20,267 bases of DNA from Candidatus Nanohalobium sp. Lineage in GTDB: Archaea; Nanohalarchaeota; Nanosalinia; Nanosalinales; Nanosalinaceae. The stretch is from NCBI GenBank assembly GCA_042216335.1, contig JBDGTY010000026.1, forward strand, positions 23,409 to 43,675, written 5' to 3'. A program made the position numbers and the translations under genes. Under the pieces are notes generated by a model that was given only the letters and a program-made list of their open reading frames with translations, was not told the DNA's origin and made no database searches. Shown here piece after piece: positions 1-8,070 of this stretch (the stretch's first letter is position 1; every line of letters starts with the position of its first letter).

Positions 1-680
1 GAGGATGATTCCGGGTCTTTGAGTATCTTGTCGCCCTTCATCTCCGGGGATATCTCCTGTTCTGAGAGCGTGTTGACGAGTATGACATCGGAGCCCACGA
101 GGTTCTTGACTGCGTCCTCTACTTTCTCCGGTTCGACGAGGAAGTCGGAGAGTATAATCACTGCGGACTTGTTCTTGATCCTCGATGAGTATTCCGTTAA
201 GCAGGAATCCACCTTGCTCTCCGGGGTCTTTCTCAGCGAGTTGAGCGTGTCGACGAGCTGTGGCAGATTGGCGTTTCTCCGCGCAGAGGTCAGGTCAGTT
301 AAGGTTTCGGAGAAGACTGAGTAGTGGAACCTGTCATTGGTTTTGTTGGCCATGTAGGCGAGTGCAAGGCCAATCTTGGAGGCGTATTCGTACTTGTTGA
401 CATCGCCGTAGTCCATTGAGCTGCTTCTGTCGACGACGATGTGGAGCGTGACGTTCTTCTCCTCCTGGAACCGCTTGACATAGTACTCTCCTGTCCGTGC
501 ATATGCCTTCCAGTCTATCTTCCGTATGTCATCGCCGGGGACATACTGCTTGTGGTCCTTGAATATCATGCCCTGGCCCGAGTATTCTGACTTCTGCTCT
601 CCCTGGTTAATCTCGGTCGAATTCTTCTTCAGTGCGAGGTGGAACCTATCGAGCTGGTCAAGAAAGTCTATCTCTATCAA
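1..680 (-). CDS. DUF58 family protein (MoxR-associated, VWA-like), 3' end outside window
   Basis: Not in the ORF track. My translation from TTG at 680 (SD GAGGTGA at 687-693) gives MIEIDFLDQLDRF...SGQGMIFKDHKQYVPGDDIRKIDWKAYARTGEYYVKRFQEEKNVTLHIVVDRSSSMDYG. This matches the DUF58 pattern YxPGDDxRxIDW...D-x-S-x-SM. The frame stays open to the window edge and lies directly downstream of moxR. Confidence 0.92.
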   Translation of the reverse strand, partial: MIEIDFLDQLDRFHLALKKNSTEINQGEQKSEYSGQGMIFKDHKQYVPGDDIRKIDWKAYARTGEYYVKRFQEEKNVTLHIVVDRSSSMDYGDVNKYEYASKIGLALAYMANKTNDRFHYSVFSETLTDLTSARRNANLPQLVDTLNSLRKTPESKVDSCLTEYSSRIKNKSAVIILSDFLVEPEKVEDAVKNLVGSDVILVNTLSEQEISPEMKGDKILKDPESS

Positions 681-721
681 ATATTCTCACCTCGTGGTTT
701 CCGGGAATTTTTCGGTCCTCT

Positions 722-1687
722 TCATTGTTCCTCGACTATCTGTTCGACGACCTCGTCCTCTGTCATGCCCTTTTTCTCGGCCTGGAAGCTGAGGCCTATC
801 CTGTGACGGAGCACCGGCTTCGCCATATCCTCGATATCGGATTCCGAGACATGGTTCCTTCCTTCGATGAGTGCTCTTCCTTTCGCCGCCAGTACAAGGT
901 TCATAGACGCTCTTGGAGAGGCTCCGTAGTCGAGTTCCTCCCTGTCACGGGTCGCCGAGACGATCCTGACGGCCTTCTCCCGTAGATCGTTGGCTATCGG
1001 CACCTTGCGGGTGAACTCCTGCAGCCGGATAAGCGAGGAACGCGAGATCACCTGCTCCAGGTCCGGGTCGTAATCCAGTTCCGAGGTGAAGCGGTCGACT
1101 ATCTTGTTCTCCTCTTGAAGCTCCGGATAGTCCAGTTCTACCTTCATCATGAAGCGGTCTCTCTGGGCCTCAGGCAAGGGGTAGGTCCCCTCCTGTTCTA
1201 TCGGGTTCTGTGTCGCCATAAGGAAGAAAGGCTCGTCCAGATTGTAGGAATTGTTTCCGACCGTCACCTGCTTTTCCTGCATCGCCTCAAGAAGTGCGGA
1301 CTGGGTTTTGGGTGTCGCACGGTTGATCTCGTCTGCCAGGATCATGTTGGCGAAGATTGGGCCCTTCTGGAACACGAAGTCAGTAGTGTCCGAGGATTCG
1401 TCGATGATGTGTGTACCTGTTATGTCAGAAGGCATCAGGTCCGGCGTGTTCTGGATGCGCGAGAACTCAAGCCCGAGCACTTTTGATATCGTGGACACCA
1501 TCTTTGTCTTTCCCATGCCCGGATTGGATTCAAGCAAGATATTACCGTCGCAGAGTACTGCCACAAGCACCTGTTCGATTATCTCCTCCTGTCCGACCAT
1601 CACCTTCCGGACCTCGTCCTTGACCTTTGCGAGCTTCTGATTTGCTTTTTCGTACTTGCCGGCTTCGTCCGTGCTTTTCACTTTCAT
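722..1687 (-). CDS. moxR: MoxR family AAA+ ATPase
   Basis: Walker A variant (ESNPGMGKT), RIQNTPDLMPSDITG, Walker B ILADEINRATPKTQSALLEAMQE, ATQNPIEQEGTYPLPEAQRDRF, GASPRAS and VLRHRI are all MoxR-type motifs. Confidence 0.96.
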   Translation of the reverse strand: MKVKSTDEAGKYEKANQKLAKVKDEVRKVMVGQEEIIEQVLVAVLCDGNILLESNPGMGKTKMVSTISKVLGLEFSRIQNTPDLMPSDITGTHIIDESSDTTDFVFQKGPIFANMILADEINRATPKTQSALLEAMQEKQVTVGNNSYNLDEPFFLMATQNPIEQEGTYPLPEAQRDRFMMKVELDYPELQEENKIVDRFTSELDYDPDLEQVISRSSLIRLQEFTRKVPIANDLREKAVRIVSATRDREELDYGASPRASMNLVLAAKGRALIEGRNHVSESDIEDMAKPVLRHRIGLSFQAEKKGMTEDEVVEQIVEEQ

Positions 1688-1710
1688 ACACTTTAGAATG
1701 GTCTCCGCGG

Positions 1711-1722
1711 GAATTTAAATTC
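1711..1722 (-). promoter_or_regulatory. Putative TATA box for moxR (palindromic GAATTTAAATTC)
   Basis: TTTAAA element about 25-30 nt upstream of the moxR ATG in a 39-nt intergenic gap with no SD, which fits a leaderless archaeal transcript. Confidence 0.5.
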
Positions 1723-1726
1723 AACT

Positions 1727-2473
1727 TCACTCACGGATAGCCAGCGAGTACTTCCGGGCCAGTTCGACATCATCCGGCATCTCAGGGTTGGCGGCCTCGA
1801 ACGTGAAATCCTCCCTGTTGAGAGCCCTGACGTTGCCCTGTTCTCCTCCTGTGGCGTTCCCTGTCACCTTGATCTTCAGTTCGGTGGAAATGGCGTCGAT
1901 ACTCTTCTGCTCGCCGTAGATCGCCGAAGCGTTCTTCAGCACTCCCTCACCTCTTCCGCCCGGGTTAAGGATGTCCTGGGGCTCGAACTGTGAGAAGACC
2001 TCCCTGCTTTCCTGGACGGGTTGGAAGTTGACGAGGCCGGAGAGAACCGTCAGGAAGCTAAGCAATCCAATGACAAGTATCTTCTTGATTATCTCTGTTG
2101 ACGGTACGATGCTCTCAGACGTGACTGAACGCGCCCTCTCCATCAGATCGTCGAACATAGCCTGAGAAACGATGTTCTGGTTGTCAAGGTTGTCCCGGGC
2201 TGTCCTCAGAATCTCCTGTAGCTGCGGATTCTCCTGCTCGTATATCTCCAATCGGTACTTCCTGGAGCGATGCACCCAGTCACCCAGGAAGAACACGAAA
2301 GTCAAGGCCGCAAGAGCCTGGTAATGCACCTGCTCGTTTATCAGCGTGACGTTCATCAGGAAAAGCACCAGGTCCGCCGACAGAAAAGCGATGATCGAGT
2401 CGAGAGAGGCCTGGATCAGGTTGACCTTGATGAATTCTCTCCTCAGCCTTTTGAGAAGTTTCTCAACCCTCAT
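1727..2473 (-). CDS. Hypothetical membrane protein (about 3 hydrophobic segments), MoxR-module associated
   Basis: 248-aa ORF with hydrophobic stretches (IIAFLSADLVLFLM, ALAALTFVFFLG, ILVIGLLSFLTVLSGLV). SD AAGGTG upstream; overlaps the upstream gene by 11 nt. Confidence 0.8.
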   Translation of the reverse strand: MRVEKLLKRLRREFIKVNLIQASLDSIIAFLSADLVLFLMNVTLINEQVHYQALAALTFVFFLGDWVHRSRKYRLEIYEQENPQLQEILRTARDNLDNQNIVSQAMFDDLMERARSVTSESIVPSTEIIKKILVIGLLSFLTVLSGLVNFQPVQESREVFSQFEPQDILNPGGRGEGVLKNASAIYGEQKSIDAISTELKIKVTGNATGGEQGNVRALNREDFTFEAANPEMPDDVELARKYSLAIRE

Positions 2474-2933
2474 CGAGGTTCACCTTGTGCCCCCATTGGT
2501 TGCATTCCTGCTTTACAGTGTCTGAATCTCCCGAGTAAAGGGCGCAGACGAATGAAAGTGAACTGTTCAGGTCGTTGATCTTGTCGGACTGGTTGAGCGC
2601 CCTTCTCTGCTGATCGAGTTGGCTTCTTAAATCCGAGATTCTCTGCGTCTTGTTCTCGATAAGGGATTCCTTGCGTTCCAGTTTTTTTCTCAGAGTTGAA
2701 ATAGTGGAATTCAAATTCTCCGTAGTATTCTTCAGATTCCTGGTTTTGTTTTCAAGGGTTCTTATCCTTTCCATCGATTCCGAGATGTTCTGATTTAATT
2801 TTTCTATCTCCCCGACTTTGCTGGATACCCTGTCCTGGTAGATGACCGAGACACCTGCGAGAAGTGAGAGTGCTGCCACGGTCGAGATCAGCAGGAGTGG
2901 GTTGAGTCTGCGTTTCAGTATCGGTGTTGCCAT
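2463..2933 (-). CDS. Membrane-anchored coiled-coil protein
   Basis: Basic N-terminus plus hydrophobic helix (PLLLISTVAALSLLAGVSVIY), then about 90 aa of heptad-like coiled coil, then a C-terminal pair of Cys. Confidence 0.8.
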   Translation of the reverse strand: MATPILKRRLNPLLLISTVAALSLLAGVSVIYQDRVSSKVGEIEKLNQNISESMERIRTLENKTRNLKNTTENLNSTISTLRKKLERKESLIENKTQRISDLRSQLDQQRRALNQSDKINDLNSSLSFVCALYSGDSDTVKQECNQWGHKVNLDEG

Positions 2934-3023
2934 CGCTGTTTAAGTTGTGGTTATTGACTGGTTTTAACCCTTATGCGTCCGGTTTTATTTTTAAGTAGAA
3001 GCTCGGGTATAATTCTTTCAGGG
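2934..3023. promoter_or_regulatory. Divergent promoter region with two TATA-like boxes
   Basis: TTTAAGTA at 2990-2997 lies about 27-34 nt before ATG 3024 (+). TTAAAA on the minus strand at about 2962-2967 lies about 30 nt before ATG 2933 (-). Confidence 0.5.
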
Positions 3024-4694
3024 ATGAGCCACGGCCACGGAGACCTGGAAGACTCGACCTGCAAGTTCGGACATATCATCAGGACAGAAGGCGGAAGCGA
3101 TGAACTGAAGAACAAGATCAGGTCCGGAGATGTAGAGTCGCTTTCTGACCTCAGGGAGAAAGACTACACAGTTTTCGACATATTCGGCGGCGACCCGTGG
3201 AAACACCTGAAGGTTTCCTCCGGAAGCCAGGGAACAGCCCTCGCCGCAGTCTTCACTGCAGTAGATAACCTGGATACAGCCATGGAGTACAACGCACAGA
3301 AGATCGACGAATCAGTGCACATCGCGCCTCAGAGCAACTTCCACCAGGAGTTCATGCAGAGGAAACAACAGGCCGAGCAAAATATTAAACAGACGATGCA
3401 GAGCTACCAGCAGTTGATAAAGCAGAAGCACATGCTGGAGCACGACATAAGAAAGCTGCGGAGCCGCGTCGAGGCCATAGAATCCAAGGATGAAACACTG
3501 CTTAAAGGAGACTTCATCGAGCTCGTGGATGGTGCCGGACAGTCTCCACGTCAGGGCGGCGACCAGATGAGTCTGAAGGCGTATCGTGACCAGAACATCT
3601 ATCCCTCCATCGTCGCGGATTTCAACGAGATGGAGAGCGTGGAGGACCTTGAGGATGCGGAGCAGAGGGCGGAGAGGTACGATGACAGGGATGCCGACGA
3701 CCTCGATGACGGCCGGTTGTCTGACCTGCCGAGGAACGAGAAGGCTATACTGAAGAAGAAGTGGAAGATGTACGAACAGTGGAAGGATCTCTACGGCTCC
3801 GAGGTCTCGAGGAAGCTTGACGAACTGAAAGGGCAGTTGAAGAACGTGGAGAGGAGTATAGAGGAGACGAAGGAGTGGCTGGAGCCGTACGTCCGGGACG
3901 CCGCGATGATCAACAGGATGGGAGACCAGCAGTTCGCTCACGGCGAAAGCATAAACCTGAAAGGCAACTCCACGATGCTCAGGCTGCTTGACTTCCTTCT
4001 CTGGAAGCCCATGAAGTACGACGCAGAGCACAACAGCCTGGACTACGCCGACAAAGACGAAGCCACGCACTACCGTGTTCTCTTCATCAAAGGCGTCCAC
4101 GCCAACCTCGCTAGCTTCGAACAGCCGCAGAGCCCTGCCGACGGCCCATCAGCCGGAAGAGTCAAGTGGTTCCCGGGATTCGTCTGCCGCCACGTATTCG
4201 AAAACATCATCAAGCCACGCGCCGACGAACACGCAGAACTTGTCGACCAGATGATGAAAGACTACACCGGCGACTGGGAGAAAAGCGACGACGCCGAAAA
4301 ACTGAAACAGGCACGTCAGGACGCGGAACTCTCGGTCCGCCAGCTGAGAGAAGAGATACAGGACGAGGTAGACGACGACGTACCCATCGAACTTTCATCA
4401 CAGATCAGGAGGGTAGAGGACGGACTCGAATCCATAGATATACTTGACGACAAATACATAGACGCCATCGACAGCATACTCGAAGACGAACTCGAAGAAA
4501 AATTCAAAGAAGACGAAGACGGCGACAGCGACATGTACGAAGGCTTCACCAAAACCCTCAGAGAATTCACAGGCCAGGTCGATCCATTCTACATGAAAGA
4601 ACCTGGAGACGGCCTCAAAGGCTTCGAAAGAGAACTACGCTACGACTACTACTGGGACCTCAAAATCGGCCTCGGCCTCTACACAATGAAGTGA
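3024..4694 (+). CDS. Hypothetical coiled-coil protein with an XRE/Cro-like HTH segment near the C-terminus
   Basis: Long acidic ORF with start placed at ATG 3024 (MSHGHG...) by TATA spacing. Two coiled-coil stretches. The segment LKQARQDAELSVRQLREEI...SSQIRRVEDG resembles an XRE HTH. Confidence 0.8.
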   Translation: MSHGHGDLEDSTCKFGHIIRTEGGSDELKNKIRSGDVESLSDLREKDYTVFDIFGGDPWKHLKVSSGSQGTALAAVFTAVDNLDTAMEYNAQKIDESVHIAPQSNFHQEFMQRKQQAEQNIKQTMQSYQQLIKQKHMLEHDIRKLRSRVEAIESKDETLLKGDFIELVDGAGQSPRQGGDQMSLKAYRDQNIYPSIVADFNEMESVEDLEDAEQRAERYDDRDADDLDDGRLSDLPRNEKAILKKKWKMYEQWKDLYGSEVSRKLDELKGQLKNVERSIEETKEWLEPYVRDAAMINRMGDQQFAHGESINLKGNSTMLRLLDFLLWKPMKYDAEHNSLDYADKDEATHYRVLFIKGVHANLASFEQPQSPADGPSAGRVKWFPGFVCRHVFENIIKPRADEHAELVDQMMKDYTGDWEKSDDAEKLKQARQDAELSVRQLREEIQDEVDDDVPIELSSQIRRVEDGLESIDILDDKYIDAIDSILEDELEEKFKEDEDGDSDMYEGFTKTLREFTGQVDPFYMKEPGDGLKGFERELRYDYYWDLKIGLGLYTMK

Positions 4695-4701
4695 CCAAAG
4701 A

Positions 4702-7464
4702 ATGGCATTCATAATCGACAAGATCCGGGAAAACCTGAAAAGCAACGACAGTGACGAAGACGGAGACAAAGGCTTCGACGACCTGAACTATGTGATCGGG
4801 AATTCTTCCGCAATGGACATGGGAGAGGTTCCTACGCCCATGGATGAGAGGATCGGATACGCATCCATGATAGGCGGAGAACTCCTGGAATTACAGATAA
4901 CCAACCCGGCCACGTTCGAGATGGAGGCCGAGCAGATGATTCGAACCATCGACCAGCTAGGCCTCGACATTACACTCCACCCCGACATGAATGCAGGATT
5001 CACATCCGCATACAAAGCAGTACCAGGCGAAAACTACGGCTACGACGCAGTCGAACAGTACATAACAAACTACATGCAGGAACTCGCATACTTCAAAAAA
5101 AGAGTAAACGAACAGGGACAGGGCAACGAACCACTCTTCAACATAGGCAGGATGAATCCACACATCTCCACAACACCCATGCCCGCACTCGCCGAAAGAA
5201 TGGCACAGGAAGTCAGCCTAGACCCATTCGGCTTCCAGGTGGACGAATACAACGAAGAAATGAGAAAAATGCGGAAAGCCAAAAAACAGGACATCTGGGC
5301 CAACAAAAATTTCCTCGAAAAATTCTACGACGTCTACCTCAAAAACATGGTAGACCAGAAATGGCAGCTATTCACCGGAAGACAAGGCCTATTCACACAG
5401 TACTCCGACAAATTCGACAGAGTCTACAGAGACACCATGAGAAGAGCGTGCGACCACTTCTATAGAGAGACCAAGAAATCTCCTGACATCGACGAACTTC
5501 AGGCTGCAATCTCACTGATATCAACAGCAGCAAGAGCAGATGTAGGAGTCCAAAATGCATGGCTAAACAAGATAGATAAAGAAAAGGACGATCCAATACA
5601 GACACTAAAATTTGAGTCAGAAGAAGTTCCAGAACACGTGAAAAACCAACTTCCTGACGATCTTTCTATATCTGAGGTTGTTAACGGAGTCTTAACCCAG
5701 TATAATGTATTGAAACTAAGCGACCTGAACGATTATCTTCCCCCTAATGTAAGAGTAACTCGAATTAATTCACTGGCTGAAGCCGTCTATAATATAGATA
5801 ATCATGAATTTAGCCAGCCTAGAGGAATAGGGCAGGCAATAAGCAGTCAGATTCCCATACCTATGGGAGAAACACTCATTCAAGGCATAGTCTCTGGAGT
5901 AAAACTGAAGAACCAAGATAAATTAGAAGAATGGGCGAAAAATGAAATCAAAGAAGGTTTGAACGATATCTGGCATGGTGAAACTGAAGAGGAGGAAGAT
6001 GAGTTTCTCATAACGGTTCAGGGTAAGCTGAGGGCTTTAGCTAACAACGCTGATATTGAGGTCGATAGGATAAGGAACAGAGCCCTAAGAGAACCGGGTG
6101 AAGGACCTGAAGGCGAAGTCTACAAGGATATTGATAAGGCTGCCCGGAAGACTTTGGCTAATGAGGATGGTTTCTTTGAGGAAGAGGATAGGTATTACCA
6201 GTTTATGGATGCTTTGATTGGGCAGTTTGGCAGGGAGATGTGGAAGGAGTCTAGTTTGTTTTACTATATTATTCCTGCCTGGATGTCTGAGGCTGATAAC
6301 AATTTCAAGGGTCATGAGGGTTGGAAGGCTCCGGAGTTTATCTGGAAGGTTCTGGTTGAGGATAAGTGGGGTGGTCGTGATGACGTGGTTCTGGATTTGG
6401 AGAATCCTAGGAATGGCGTTTATGATGAGGACGTTGACTCGGATGCATTTCATTACCTGGATTTGCTGGAGGAGAGTGAGGAGTTTCGGAGTGATGTTGC
6501 GGCGGCGGTCGGTGCGTGTTATGTCTGGGCGCATTTTACTCAGCGTAATGCCCAGTTTGATCTGAAGGGCCGTGACTTTGGCCTAGGCGATGACGAAGTA
6601 GAGGAAGTGAAGCATGAAGGCTGGACGTGGATAGAGTGGATGAATCGTTTTGGCCTTGGCGTGAACCTTGAGACCATGGCGGGTAGTCCGAGGGATCGTT
6701 TCAAGATCTGGAGGCCGAAGGATATCTCGGTCACGGCTCATGCCATCAACCTGACTGCGAGGAACCAGCTGGAGGAGGATGGAAGTCTTGGTGGGCTTGA
6801 CCATCTTCACGAGGAGCTTGATGGCTGTCCGGCGAAGTTCACGATAGACATGGAGCACGTGGCGACGATGGGCGCTCCACCGCTGGATGAGATGAAAAAG
6901 ATGGTTGAACAGGAGGGAGAACTTGCGAAGAACTGGCCCGAACTCGAAATCGATGAGGACAAGCCTCTGGCCAAGATTATGAGGCAGATGCACCTGATGG
7001 ATCCTGGTGTTGAGGCCAACAGAGGGACTCACCACGGAGCGTTCGACAGAGGAAACGAACAACTCTATGAATGGCTGTACTACTTCGTGGAGAATGGATT
7101 CGCACGGAACGAGAACGAACCTGCCTCTGTACTGTTTGAACTGGGAGAACATAAAGGAGAGTCCAGCTACATGATGAGAATCACCATGGACCTCATAGAA
7201 CTCGGAGTTGAACCGGAAGACCTTGATCCTTCACGCGTCGATCCAAGTACGGATCCGAAGTCGGAGGAGGAGGCATTGATAAGCCGTTTCTATGGTATCG
7301 ACCGGGCCAACTACACGCGTGAGTGGGCGAAGATCGAGGAACACGCGTTTGATCCTTTGAAGGGTCTGCTCGAGGCCGAGCCGTTCGATTACACTTATTC
7401 GAGTCGGGCGGCTACGGATAACGAGAACCGGCCTCAGGAGTGGAATAGTGAGGAGTACAGGTAG
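4702..7464 (+). CDS. Large TIM-barrel metalloprotein (AP endonuclease 2 / xylose isomerase-like superfamily) with large internal insertion
   Basis: Ordered motifs ITLHPD (about 4978), MNPH (about 5161), VNLETM (about 6670), TIDMEH (about 6850), MHLMD (about 6991), THH-GAFDRGN (about 7030) and LFELG (about 7138) match the metal-ligand pattern of that fold. The gene starts 7 nt after the upstream stop. Confidence 0.7.
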   Translation: MAFIIDKIRENLKSNDSDEDGDKGFDDLNYVIGNSSAMDMGEVPTPMDERIGYASMIGGELLELQITNPATFEMEAEQMIRTIDQLGLDITLHPDMNAGFTSAYKAVPGENYGYDAVEQYITNYMQELAYFKKRVNEQGQGNEPLFNIGRMNPHISTTPMPALAERMAQEVSLDPFGFQVDEYNEEMRKMRKAKKQDIWANKNFLEKFYDVYLKNMVDQKWQLFTGRQGLFTQYSDKFDRVYRDTMRRACDHFYRETKKSPDIDELQAAISLISTAARADVGVQNAWLNKIDKEKDDPIQTLKFESEEVPEHVKNQLPDDLSISEVVNGVLTQYNVLKLSDLNDYLPPNVRVTRINSLAEAVYNIDNHEFSQPRGIGQAISSQIPIPMGETLIQGIVSGVKLKNQDKLEEWAKNEIKEGLNDIWHGETEEEEDEFLITVQGKLRALANNADIEVDRIRNRALREPGEGPEGEVYKDIDKAARKTLANEDGFFEEEDRYYQFMDALIGQFGREMWKESSLFYYIIPAWMSEADNNFKGHEGWKAPEFIWKVLVEDKWGGRDDVVLDLENPRNGVYDEDVDSDAFHYLDLLEESEEFRSDVAAAVGACYVWAHFTQRNAQFDLKGRDFGLGDDEVEEVKHEGWTWIEWMNRFGLGVNLETMAGSPRDRFKIWRPKDISVTAHAINLTARNQLEEDGSLGGLDHLHEELDGCPAKFTIDMEHVATMGAPPLDEMKKMVEQEGELAKNWPELEIDEDKPLAKIMRQMHLMDPGVEANRGTHHGAFDRGNEQLYEWLYYFVENGFARNENEPASVLFELGEHKGESSYMMRITMDLIELGVEPEDLDPSRVDPSTDPKSEEEALISRFYGIDRANYTREWAKIEEHAFDPLKGLLEAEPFDYTYSSRAATDNENRPQEWNSEEYR

Positions 7465-7466
7465 GT

Positions 7467-7996
7467 CTAGAATTTGAGATCCAGATATTTTGCTCTGGCG
7501 CGCATGTTTCTGATTGCCGAGTTAAGGATTTTGTGTTCTTTATCTGTTTCTACGCCAAAGAGATGCGCTTCAGTTTCCGGCAAATCGTTTCTAATGAATA
7601 TCTTGTCTTGGGATAGGGAGTAGTCAGATGTGAAGAAGTGTATTTCTTCGTCGCCATTGAGGACGCCGGATAATTCTCTGAGTTCCTGGTCTCGGGAATC
7701 TTTACCGGCAGTTGAAGTTACGTTAGTTTCCTCAAGCTCGTCCGGGCTGAGAGCCTCTTCAACTAGCTCCGATTCTGCTTCTGGCGCTGCAAAGTATGGA
7801 TTTTTGTCGAGCTGCCTGAGATTTCTGTAGTGCACAACCGAGTAGTTTACCCTGTCAGCCATCTCACCTTCTGGTGCCCGAGAGGTGCAATCACGTCCGG
7901 ATCAGAATGCCTCAAAAACTGTCTGTAATCAAAAGCACTGTTCAAATCGTTTCCACCGTTGTACATATCACCGAGTTCTTCCTCAGCCCAATTCAC
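7467..7996 (-). pseudogene. Probable frameshifted DUF218/YdcF-like gene (49-aa ORF 7847-7996 plus 131-aa ORF 7467-7862)
   Basis: GTG at 7996 with SD GGTGA opens a frame ending ...SDPDVIAPLG. The adjacent frame continues APEGEMADRVNYSVVHY...IHFFTSDY. One extra base near the GGG at 7877-7879 would join them into about 176 aa with DUF218-like motif order. Confidence 0.5.
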
Positions 7997-8026
7997 TTTT
8001 TCACCAAAAGGTAACAAATATCGCGT

Positions 8027-8040
8027 AAGGTTTTTAAGGC
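8027..8040. promoter_or_regulatory. TATA-like element between divergent genes
   Basis: AAGG-TTTTTAAG at 8027-8038 lies 33-40 nt before ATG 8071. On the minus strand it reads TTAAAAA, about 35-40 nt before GTG 7996. Confidence 0.5.
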
Positions 8041-8070
8041 TGCGGTTTCAAGCGTAGATTATGTGGTACC

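Noticed and set aside
2973-3023. N-terminal extension of the 573-aa track ORF
   Set aside because: It runs through the TATA-like element and is non-acidic; ATG 3024 fits promoter spacing better.
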